Shown here: piece by piece, positions 47,963 through 56,413 of the stretch | Position numbering within the stretch: the first letter of the stretch is position 1 | Layout of the letters: each line of letters opens with the position of its first letter | Source of the DNA: an uncultured Actinomycetes bacterium | Lineage (GTDB): Bacteria; Actinomycetota; UBA4738; HRBIN12 | Length of the DNA: 64,000 nucleotides | NCBI GenBank assembly: GCA_963700855.1 | Contig: CAVOYV010000001.1 | Span: forward strand, 703,619-767,618 | Direction: 5' to 3' | Translations under genes and position numbers: made by a program | The notes under the pieces: generated by a model | Databases searched by the model: none | What the model saw: the letters and a program-made list of their open reading frames with translations, nothing else | What the model was told of the DNA's origin: nothing

Positions 47963-48882
47963 TGCGTGTCGTCGACGCCGAACAGCTTCGCTCGGCGCTG
48001 CCGATGGCGGTCGCCGTCGACGCGCTCGAGGATGCGTTCCGCGACGAGGACCCCGAGGGGGCGGGCCCGATCCGGTCGACGATCGAGACGCCCGCCGGGT
48101 CGCTGTTGCTCATGCCGGCGGCTGGAGAGCGGGGGGTCGGGGTGAAGCTCGTCACCCTGACCGGGTCGAACCCGGCTGCGGGACTCCCGCTGATCCATGC
48201 CGCCTACGTCCTGTTCGATCCCGTGACCCAGGCGCCGCTGGCCGTGTTCGACGGCGCCGCGCTGACCGCTCTGCGGACCGCCGCGGTGAGCGGGCTGGCC
48301 ACGCGATACTTGGCGAAGGGGGATGCACGCAAGCTCGTGATGTTCGGGGCCGGGGTCCAAGCCACGGCACACCTCGAGGCGATGGCCGCCGTCCGGCCCG
48401 TCGCCGAGGTGGTCGTGGTGTCCAGGACGCGAGGGTCGGGGGAGCACCTCGTCGAGGTCGCCAGGAGCATGGGTCTCGTCGCGCGGACGGGCGGGCCCGC
48501 CGACGTGAGCGGAGCCGACCTGATCTGCACCTGTACCACGTCGCCCACGCCGGTCGTGGATGGGTCGCTCCTGCCCCCGGGCGTCCACCTCAACGCGGTC
48601 GGCGCCTACCTCCCCGACACCCGGGAGGTCGACACGGAGACGGCCCGCCGAGCCAGGGTGGTGGTCGAGACCCGTGAGGTGGCGGCCGCGGAGGCCGGCG
48701 ACGTCCTGCTCCCGATCGCCGAGGGGGCGATCGACGTTTCCCACATCGTGGCCGATCTCCACGAGCTCGCGAGGGGCGCCACGGTCAGGCAGAGCCCGCG
48801 CGACGTCACGCTGTTCGTGTCGCTCGGCATGGCGTTCGAGGACCTCGTCGTCGCCCGTGCCGCGGTGGAGGCCTTGGCGTGA
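47959..48882 (+). CDS. Ornithine cyclodeaminase/mu-crystallin family protein
   Basis: TALRTAAVSGLATRYLA, FGAGVQA and HLNAVGAY. The start overlaps the livF stop. Confidence 0.85.
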   Translation: MMRVVDAEQLRSALPMAVAVDALEDAFRDEDPEGAGPIRSTIETPAGSLLLMPAAGERGVGVKLVTLTGSNPAAGLPLIHAAYVLFDPVTQAPLAVFDGAALTALRTAAVSGLATRYLAKGDARKLVMFGAGVQATAHLEAMAAVRPVAEVVVVSRTRGSGEHLVEVARSMGLVARTGGPADVSGADLICTCTTSPTPVVDGSLLPPGVHLNAVGAYLPDTREVDTETARRARVVVETREVAAAEAGDVLLPIAEGAIDVSHIVADLHELARGATVRQSPRDVTLFVSLGMAFEDLVVARAAVEALA

Positions 48883-50036
48883 CGGCCCTCCCGCCCTCGG
48901 CCGACGTCGTCGTGATCGGTGCCGGCATCGTGGGGTGCTCGACCGCGTTCCATCTCGCCGAGGCCGGCGCCGGCCGCGTGCTGCTGGTCGAGCGAGAGAA
49001 CGCCGTCGGCATGGGGTCGACGGGCGCCTGCGCGGGCGGGTTCCGTCATCAGTTCTCGACCGAGGTCAACGTCGCGTTGTCCAAGGCGAGCATCCCCATG
49101 ATCACCGGCTTCACCCGTGAGCACGACCTCCCGCTGGACGTGTCCCAGGACGGCTACCTCTTCCTCGTCCGCGACGACGCTGCCTGGGACGGGTTCGTAC
49201 GAGCGGCCGACCTGCAGCGCGCCATGGGGGTCGAGGTCGAGGTGCTGACCACGGACGAGGCGGCCCGACTCGTTCCCGGGCTCGCGCTCGACGATGTCGT
49301 GGGTGCCACGTTCGGGCCCCGAGACGGGATCGCCGATCCTGGGGCGCTCACCCAGGGGTACGAGACGCTCGCCCGTCGCCACGGCGTCGTCGTGGCGCTC
49401 GGGACCGCCGTGAACGCGCTCGTCACCGGGCCTGGGGGACTGACGGCGGTGCGGACGGAGCGCGGCGACGTGGCGACCCGATGCGTCATCGTGGCCGCCG
49501 GCGCGTGGTCGGCGCCGGTCGCGGCCACGGCCGGTATCGACCTCCCGATCGAGCCCGTGCCTCGGGTCGTGGTCACGACGAGCGGGTTCCCGGGAGCCCC
49601 GGGACGCCGGACCCTGGTGATCGACGTCGCGAGCTCGTTCTACTTCCATCGGGAGGCGGACGGTGTGTTGATGGGGATGGGCGGTGCGGACGTGGTGTCG
49701 TTCGACACGTCGGTCGACGAGCGGTTCGTGGTCGAGCGACTCGTGCCTCGGGGGGTCCAGGTCTTCCCACCGCTGGCCGAGGCGGGTCTCCGTTCGATGT
49801 GGGCGGGGCTGTACGAGATGACGCCGGACCGGCACCCGATCGTCGGCCCGGGCCCCGTCGATGGTGTCTGGCTCGCCGCCGGGTTCAGCGGCCACGGGTT
49901 CCAACACGGGCCGGTCGTCGGCAAGTTGCTCGCCGAGATGATCGTGGAGGGCGGCGCGCGCACCCTCGACGCACGACCGCTCGCGTACGACCGGTTCGTG
50001 CGCGGAGAGATGATCCGAGAGGGCCTCGTGGTGTGA
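48879..50036 (+). CDS. FAD-dependent oxidoreductase (DAO/sarcosine-oxidase-beta-like)
   Basis: VVVIGAGIVGCSTAFHLA dinucleotide fold and a GFSGHGFQ tail. GTGA overlap with the preceding gene. Confidence 0.85.
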   Translation: MTALPPSADVVVIGAGIVGCSTAFHLAEAGAGRVLLVERENAVGMGSTGACAGGFRHQFSTEVNVALSKASIPMITGFTREHDLPLDVSQDGYLFLVRDDAAWDGFVRAADLQRAMGVEVEVLTTDEAARLVPGLALDDVVGATFGPRDGIADPGALTQGYETLARRHGVVVALGTAVNALVTGPGGLTAVRTERGDVATRCVIVAAGAWSAPVAATAGIDLPIEPVPRVVVTTSGFPGAPGRRTLVIDVASSFYFHREADGVLMGMGGADVVSFDTSVDERFVVERLVPRGVQVFPPLAEAGLRSMWAGLYEMTPDRHPIVGPGPVDGVWLAAGFSGHGFQHGPVVGKLLAEMIVEGGARTLDARPLAYDRFVRGEMIREGLVV

Positions 50037-50051
50037 CACGTGCCCCGCAGG

Positions 50052-50135
50052 TGCCGGGAGCGGGGGTCGAACCCGCACGGGCCGAAGCCCACGGGAGTTT
50101 GAGTCCCGCGCGTCTGCCAGTTCCGCCATCCCGGC
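50052..50135 (-). tRNA. tRNA-Leu (anticodon CAA)
   Basis: Hand-folded. Acceptor GCCGGGA/TCCCGGC plus A73. Anticodon arm CGGGA-CTCAAAC-TCCCG. Long variable arm GGGC-TTCG-GCCC. T arm GCGGG-TTCGACC-CCCGC. CCA is not encoded. Confidence 0.9.
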
Positions 50136-50160
50136 CGGCCCGCCGAGCATACCGGCCGGC

Positions 50161-51191
50161 GTGCGCCCTCTTCCTGCTCGGGACGTTGCTGCTCGTGGCG
50201 CTCCCCGGGTGCGGCGGCGGTGCGGCGCCCGCGCCCGTCGTGCTCGTGATCGAGGATCCCTCGGTCCCGAGCGCGCGCAGCATCGTGACCCCCGCGGTCC
50301 TGGGCGTCGAGCTCGGACTCGAGGGGAGCGGGCTGCGGACGCGAGTCGTCGAGGTGGACGCGCTCGCCGCGGGCCGCGGATCCGTCGATGAGGACGTCGT
50401 CGCGGCCGTGATCGCACCGTTCACCGACCCATCCGATGGCACGCTCTCGACCCTGGGAGACGCCCAGGTCCCGATCGTGTCGCTGTCGGATCTCCACCGA
50501 GGGCAGCCCATCCCAGGCACCGCCGATGCGTGCGCTCGTGCCGCCGGTCGACGTCTCCGCCGACGCCGCGAGACCTGCCGGCTGCGCGGCGGGGGACGGA
50601 TCGGCCTGGTCCGAGGAGTTCCTCGATGCGCTCGCCCCGGTCGCTCGGCTTCCCGGGGGACCCGCCGAGGTCGCGGCCGCGGCGGCCGATCGGGGGTGCG
50701 AGGGGGTGGTCTGGAGCGGCGACGCGAGCGGCGGGGCCGCCCTCGCGGGGTTCCTGAGCGACACGGCGCCGCAGGTGATCCTCACCGTCGCGGCTCCGGG
50801 GCGCACCCCAGGATCCGCCGACGAGATCCCGCTCGGCGTCGCCGTCTCCGGGCTCTGTCCCTGCGTCGACCTGACGACGAGCACGGCGCCTGCCGCCCAG
50901 CGGTTCCTGCACCGCTACCAGGCGGCGAACGGGCTCGAGGCAGGCCCGTTCGCCGTGGAGGGGTTCGATGCCGGCCGGCTGCTGGCCGATCTCGCGAGCG
51001 CGTCCGCGACCCGCGACACGCTCGCCGACGCGCTCGCCACGATCGACCGCTTCGAGGGGCTCGCAGGCACCTACGCGTGGGACGAGGATGGCGACCTGGT
51101 GGACCCCATCGTGCGTATGTACGAACGGGTGGGGTTCCGGTGGCTCGCGCGACCTCCCGGCCGCGTTGCCTCGGAGACCACGCAGGCATAG
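50161..51191 (+). pseudogene. LivK-type (Peripla_BP_6-like) substrate-binding lipoprotein, frame-disrupted once or twice
   Basis: The lipoprotein signal FLLGTLLLVALPGCGG and N-domain lie in the frame of ORF 49481..51988, with no in-frame start. GTG 50161 is one frame off across a CCC run. The C-terminal two thirds lie in the frame of ORF 50436..51191, with the switch somewhere in 50490-50535. Confidence 0.55.
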
Positions 51192-51250
51192 AGTCCGGAC
51201 AGAGACGACGACGGGTGGTGCCCGCACCTCCCGGGAGAAGGAGGAACCTG

Positions 51251-52157
51251 ATGCGGAAGTTCCGGTTCAGGACCCTGTTCGCGCTCCTGGCGGTCGTGGC
51301 GGTGGTCGCGACGGCGTGCGCGTCCGAGGACACGTCGAGTCCATCGGACACCGGCACGGCCACGGGCTCGGAGTCACCGGCCGGGGACGACCTGCTGGCA
51401 CGGATCATGGAGGACGGCGTGATCCGGGTCTCGACCGACCCGGCCTATCCCCCCCAGTCCTCGCTGAACCCGGACACCGGCGAGTACGAGGGCTTCGACA
51501 TCGACGTCGCGACCGAGATCGCGACCCGCATGGGTGTCGACATCGCGTGGGAGACGCCGGCCTGGGACCGCGATCACGTCGGGCGGCTGGAGCGACCGGT
51601 GGGACATGTCGGTCGGCTCGATGACCGTGACGGCGGAGCGTGCCGAGGTGCTGTACTTCGCCGACGCGTACTACTACACGCCGGCGTCGGTCGCGGTGCA
51701 CTCGGACAACACGACCGTGACGGACCTGGAGACCGATCTGGACGGAGCGACCGTCGGGGTGTGCGGTTCGTGCACCTACGACTTCTTCCTCCAGAAGACG
51801 CTCGACATCCCCGGCTACACGTTCGACTTCATCATCGACGACGCGATCATCAAGACCTACGACACCGACAGCACCGTGCTCCAGGACCTGTCGCTGGGCG
51901 ACGGGGTGCGTCTGGACGCCGCGATCTCGTCGAAGACCACCCTGGAGGGGGCGATCGCCAAGGGCAAGCCCATCAAGCTCGTGGGTGAGCCCATCTTCTA
52001 CGAGCCGCTCGCGGCGGCCTTCGACAGGGGCTCGCAGCTCGATGCCGCGAGCCTGGTCGAGGAGGTCAACTCGATCATCGCCGAGATGCACGCAGACGGA
52101 ACCCTCAGCGCGCTCTCGATGGAGTGGTTCGGCGAAGACTTCACCCAGGCCCAGTAG
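51251..52157 (+). pseudogene. Polar amino-acid ABC transporter substrate-binding lipoprotein, one frameshift
   Basis: GGAGGA precedes ATG 51251. MRKFRFRTLFALLAVVAVVATACAS...GVDIAWETPAWD is followed by an extra base at ~51568-51569. AITSGGWSDRWDMSVGSMTVTAERAEVLYFADAYYYTP then continues in the +1 frame to 52157. Confidence 0.8.
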
Positions 52158-53534
52158 ATGGCCTCACCGACCGACACGCGCGAGCGGGGGCCCGGCATGA
52201 GCCGGCCCCCCGAGCTCGAGGTAGAGCCGCCGGTCCGCGGGGGGCTCTTCCTGATGTTCGCGGCCTGGCTCCTCGTGATCGAGGGGCTCCATTCGCTCCT
52301 CACGCTCATCGAGGACATCATGAACGGCGGCGACAGCTGGCCGACCTGGGCCTACGTCGTGATCGCGGCCCTCTCTTTCGGGGGGGCGGCCGCCCTGTAC
52401 ACGTCGCGTCGCTGGGGGTACTACCTGGCCGGCGTGCTGGCGCTCGTGGCCGGGTTCGCGATCGTCCCACCGTTCGTCGGCGGGTTCGCGGTGTTCGCGA
52501 TCCTCGAGGTCGCCCTGCTCGCCGCCGGGTGGAGGGCCGTCGGGTCGTTCGAGGCGATCCAGCTCGCGTCCGCGAAGCTGCCGTGGCGGGCGAAGCTGCT
52601 CCTGGTCCAGCTCGTCCTCGCGATCGGCCTGGTCCGGCTGTTCCTGGCGCTCGAGCTCGACCTCGAGTGGATGCAGGACAACTGGTGGAACATCGTCTCG
52701 AAGGGCCTTCCGCTCACGCTGTGGATCAGCGTCCTGGCGATCTCCCTGGCGATCATGCTCGCGTTGTTCGGCGCTCTCGCCCGCCTGTCCCGCAACCCGG
52801 TCGGCTACGGGGTCGCCGGCTTCTACACGTCGTTCTTCCGGGGGACGCCGTTGCTGGTGCAGATCTTCCTGATCTACTTCGGTGTCGGAGAGATCGGGGT
52901 CCGGATGCGCGGCACGCCGCTGGAGGGCCTCGGCAGCATCCTGATCCTCGACGTCGTGCCCGCGGCGGTCCTCGCGATCGGCCTCAACTACGGCGCCTAC
53001 ATGACGGAGATCTTCCGGGCAGGCATCCAGTCCGTGGGCCACGGCCAGGCGGAGGCCGCCGACGCCCTCGGCATGGGCTACGGACTGCGGATGCGACGGA
53101 TCGTGCTCCCGCAGGCCGTCCGCGTGATCATCCCTCCGACCGGCAACGAGTTCATCGCGATGACGAAGGACTCGTCGCTCGCCTACACGATCGGCGCCCT
53201 GGAGCTGTTCCGCCGCGCCGACCTGGCCGGGCGTGAGGCCTTCCGGACGTTCGAGGCGTTCCTGATCGCCGCCGGGATGTACTGGATCCTCACGGGCATC
53301 CTGACCTTCTTCCAGGCACGTCTGGAGCGGAAGATGAGCGCCGGCTACGTGCGTGCGGAGGCCACCGGGGCGAAGACCTCGAGGAAGATGACCTTCCTCC
53401 CGAGCGCCGGAGCGGGGGGCCAGGGCGGCGGCGCTGGCGGAGTCCTCACCATGACCGACGAAGAGGGCGGATCGAAGACCGTGGGGATCAACGGGACCTC
53501 GACGACCCTCGACGACGAGGAGGACCGCTCGTGA
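52158..53534 (+). CDS. Polar amino-acid ABC permease with extra N-terminal TM region and a Gly-rich C-terminal tail
   Basis: His/Glu/Gln/Arg-type core ([41 protein letters not shown]). Length is 458 aa. Confidence 0.85.
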   Translation: MASPTDTRERGPGMSRPPELEVEPPVRGGLFLMFAAWLLVIEGLHSLLTLIEDIMNGGDSWPTWAYVVIAALSFGGAAALYTSRRWGYYLAGVLALVAGFAIVPPFVGGFAVFAILEVALLAAGWRAVGSFEAIQLASAKLPWRAKLLLVQLVLAIGLVRLFLALELDLEWMQDNWWNIVSKGLPLTLWISVLAISLAIMLALFGALARLSRNPVGYGVAGFYTSFFRGTPLLVQIFLIYFGVGEIGVRMRGTPLEGLGSILILDVVPAAVLAIGLNYGAYMTEIFRAGIQSVGHGQAEAADALGMGYGLRMRRIVLPQAVRVIIPPTGNEFIAMTKDSSLAYTIGALELFRRADLAGREAFRTFEAFLIAAGMYWILTGILTFFQARLERKMSAGYVRAEATGAKTSRKMTFLPSAGAGGQGGGAGGVLTMTDEEGGSKTVGINGTSTTLDDEEDRS

Positions 53535-54301
53535 CGGAGATGAGCGGCGGCGAGGCGGTCGTCAAGGTCCGGAACCTCCACAAGCGGTTCGGGGAGCTGC
53601 ACGTCCTCAAGGGGGTCGACATGGACGTGCACGCGGGCGAGGTGGTCGTGATCTTCGGCCGGTCGGGCTCCGGGAAGAGCACGCTGCTGCGCTGCGTGAA
53701 CTTCCTCGAGGACCCCAGCCACGGCTCGGTCGAGGTCGCGGGGATCAAGCTCGAGGGCGGCCATCGGACCAAGAACAAGCGGGAGCAGATCAGGAAGCTC
53801 CGGACCCACTGCGGCATGGTCTTCCAGCAGTTCAACCTGTTCCCGCACATGACGGTGATCGAGAACGTGATCGAGGCGCCGATCCGCGTGAAGAAGCAGC
53901 CCGAGAAGCACGCGCGCGCCCTGGGGCTTGCCCTGCTCGACAAGGTCGGGTTGGGAGACAAGGCGGACCAGCACCCGATCCGCCTCTCGGGCGGCCAGCA
54001 GCAGCGCGTGGCGATCGCCCGTGCGCTGGCGATGGAGCCCGACGTGATGCTGTTCGACGAGCCGACGTCGGCGCTCGACCCCGAGCTGATCGGGGAGGTC
54101 CTGACCGTGATGAAGAGCCTCGCGACCGACATGCACATGACGATGATGGTCGTCACCCACGAGATGGGGTTCGCGCGCGAGGTGGCGAACCGGATGTGCT
54201 TCTTCCACGAGGGCGTGATCCTCGAGCAGGGGACACCCGACGAGCTCTTCAACCACACGAAGAACGACGAGACGCGCCGGTTCCTCAGCGCCGTCCTCTA
54301 A
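53531..54301 (+). CDS. Polar amino-acid ABC ATPase (GlnQ-like)
   Basis: [27 protein letters not shown] and [15 protein letters not shown] overlap with the permease. Confidence 0.9.
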   Translation: MTEMSGGEAVVKVRNLHKRFGELHVLKGVDMDVHAGEVVVIFGRSGSGKSTLLRCVNFLEDPSHGSVEVAGIKLEGGHRTKNKREQIRKLRTHCGMVFQQFNLFPHMTVIENVIEAPIRVKKQPEKHARALGLALLDKVGLGDKADQHPIRLSGGQQQRVAIARALAMEPDVMLFDEPTSALDPELIGEVLTVMKSLATDMHMTMMVVTHEMGFAREVANRMCFFHEGVILEQGTPDELFNHTKNDETRRFLSAVL

Positions 54302-54505
54302 CTCGGCCCCCGGCTCGATCGGAGCCATCAGGACCCCCGGAAACGGATGACGGGCCGCGGCTCCCCTCGGAGCCGCTCACGCCTTCCCCAAACGTGAGCG
54401 TCTCCTGTCGAGCGCCGCGGCCCGTCAAGTCGAGGTCCCGGCGGTCCTTCGCCTTCGTCGTCGGTTTCCCGTCGTCGCCGGCTCAGATCACCGGGACCGA
54501 CACGG

Positions 54506-54535
54506 AGCCTAGAGCACAGCTTGAGACCGTGTCAA
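54506..54535 (-). promoter_or_regulatory. Promoter-like element on the minus strand inside a convergent spacer
   Basis: On the minus strand, TTGACA (54535..54530), 18 nt, then TAGGCT (54511..54506), in the AT-richest part of the spacer. Confidence 0.3.
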
Positions 54536-54629
54536 CTTCCTGAAAGTCGCAGCGTCGCAAGCCGTTCGAGGCATCGTCGCAGGTCGGCGGGGTCGGACCC
54601 GACACGCGGGTTCGCCAGACCCTCGACCA

Positions 54630-55367
54630 TCACACGAGGGTCTGCCAGAGCCACACGGCGAGCGGCGCGAGCACGAGCGAGGGGAGCAGGTTGCCGACCC
54701 GCACGCGCTTGAGGTCGAGCAACCGCAGCCCGATCCCGATGATCAGCAATCCGCCCGCGGCCGTGAGGGCCGCGACCATCTCCTCGGTGAACAGGTCGGC
54801 CACGGAGGAGGCGGCGATCGTGATCGCTCCCTGATAGACGACGATCACGATCACGCTGAACCCGACGCCGACGCCGAGGGCGGACGCGAAGGCGAGCGCG
54901 GCGAACCCGTCGAGCAGCGACTTGATCGCGAGCAGCTCGAAGTCCCCCGTGAGTCCGTCCTGGAGGGAGCCGAGGATCGCGAGCGGTCCGACGCAGAACA
55001 CGAGCGACGCGACGACGAACCCCTCGGTGAAGCGGGCCTCGCCCTCCCCGAACCGCCGCTTCAACGCGTCCCCGGCGGACTCGAGCCGGTCTTCGATCCG
55101 CAGCACCTCGCCCACGATCCCGCCGACCAGGACGCTGCCCATCACGAACAGCACGCTGCCTCGGCTGAAGGACGACAGCGGCTCTCGGAAGGCGGCGAGC
55201 GCCCCGTCGACACCCAGGGCGATCACGACGAGCCCGAGGGCGTCCATCACCGTCTCTCGCAGGCGCTCCGACAGGCGGTGACCTACGAGCACGCCGATCG
55301 CGGTGCCCAGCAGGACGGCGGCGACGTTGATCAGGGTGCCTGTGAGCGGGACCGTCGCGAGGGCCAT
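54630..55367 (-). CDS. DUF554-family membrane protein
   Basis: 245 aa, polytopic: TLINVAAVLLGTAIGVLVG ... GPLAILGSLQDGLTGD. Confidence 0.8.
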   Translation of the reverse strand: MALATVPLTGTLINVAAVLLGTAIGVLVGHRLSERLRETVMDALGLVVIALGVDGALAAFREPLSSFSRGSVLFVMGSVLVGGIVGEVLRIEDRLESAGDALKRRFGEGEARFTEGFVVASLVFCVGPLAILGSLQDGLTGDFELLAIKSLLDGFAALAFASALGVGVGFSVIVIVVYQGAITIAASSVADLFTEEMVAALTAAGGLLIIGIGLRLLDLKRVRVGNLLPSLVLAPLAVWLWQTLV

Positions 55368-55379
55368 AGCCCCCGGATG

Positions 55380-56258
55380 CTACTGGCGCGTGGCGTCGTC
55401 GGCCGGGATCGCGATCGCCGCGGACGCGGGTTCGGGCCGGGCGACCGGGATGCGGACGGGGCGCAGGAACAGCCCGCCGACCACGACGAGGTAGCCGACC
55501 CATCCGACGACCTCGAGCCAGGTCGGGTCCGCGTTGAAGCCGATCACGCCTCGCAGGATCGCCCCGATCCCCGCGTCGTCCGGGAGCATGGCGGACACGT
55601 CGTAGGCGGTCGCGGTCAGGAACGGGAACCAGCCTGCTTCTTGGAGCTCGTGCAGCGAGTACGCGAACAGACCGGCCGCCACGACGACGAGCGCGAGCCC
55701 CGTGTAGCGGAAGAACGTGCGCAGGTTCATCCTGACGCCGCCCCGGTAGATCGCGACGCCGAGCACGACCGCCAGGCCGAGCCCCAGGATCGCTCCCACG
55801 AGCTGGGCGCCGACGCCGCCGCTGTCCACGGCTGTGCCTTGCGCGGCAGCGTAGATGAACAGCGCGGTCTCGACGCCTTCACGCAGGACCGCGACGAAGG
55901 CCAGGGCGCCCAGCGCCACACCTCCCGACATCAGGGCGATGTCGACCTTCTCCTGCAGCTCGTTCTTGATGCGGGCGCCTTGGCGCCGCATCCAGAAGAT
56001 CATCCAGGTGAGCACCCCGACCGCGAACATCGTCACGACACCCTCGAAGACCTGCTCGGTCGTACCTTCGAACTCGGCCCCCACGACGAAGATCACGGTG
56101 CCGGCGACGACGCTCAGGACGACAGCGGCCGCGGTGCCCCACCAGATGAGGGGAGCGCGGTCGCTGCGCCCGATCTGCCTCAGGTAGGCGAGGAGGATCG
56201 AGACGATCAGGGCGGCTTCGATGCCCTCACGGAGGGCGATCACGAACGAGGCTCCCAC
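55380..56258 (-). CDS. FTR1/EfeU-family iron permease
   Basis: Two REXXE motifs (REGIEA, REGVET) and 7 TM helices. GTG 56258 lies 8 nt after GGAG; the listed ORF extends to 56375. Confidence 0.8.
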   Translation of the reverse strand: MGASFVIALREGIEAALIVSILLAYLRQIGRSDRAPLIWWGTAAAVVLSVVAGTVIFVVGAEFEGTTEQVFEGVVTMFAVGVLTWMIFWMRRQGARIKNELQEKVDIALMSGGVALGALAFVAVLREGVETALFIYAAAQGTAVDSGGVGAQLVGAILGLGLAVVLGVAIYRGGVRMNLRTFFRYTGLALVVVAAGLFAYSLHELQEAGWFPFLTATAYDVSAMLPDDAGIGAILRGVIGFNADPTWLEVVGWVGYLVVVGGLFLRPVRIPVARPEPASAAIAIPADDATRQ

Positions 56259-56413
56259 GGCGGCGACTCCTGGGCTCTTCTCCGGTCTCAGGGGTCCGAC
56301 GGTCGGACGACAGAATCCTACCGTCGAGGTCGGATTCGCGCCAACGAGGACCGCCCACGTCACGGGAGGCGGCACGGTCCCGAGGCGTCAGGCGCCGCGG
56401 CTAGGATTGGCCG

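Noticed and set aside
50037-50160. A possible genomic island or integrated element at tRNA-Leu(CAA).
   Set aside because: No integrase or recombinase, no repeat of the tRNA 3' end, and no compositional change. The flanks are ordinary transport and metabolism genes.
55380-56258. An FTR1/EfeU permease without adjacent EfeO/EfeB partners, considered as an orphan or novel iron system.
   Set aside because: Stand-alone FTR1 genes occur widely and partners may be encoded elsewhere. The neighbouring DUF554 gene gives no functional link that I can support.
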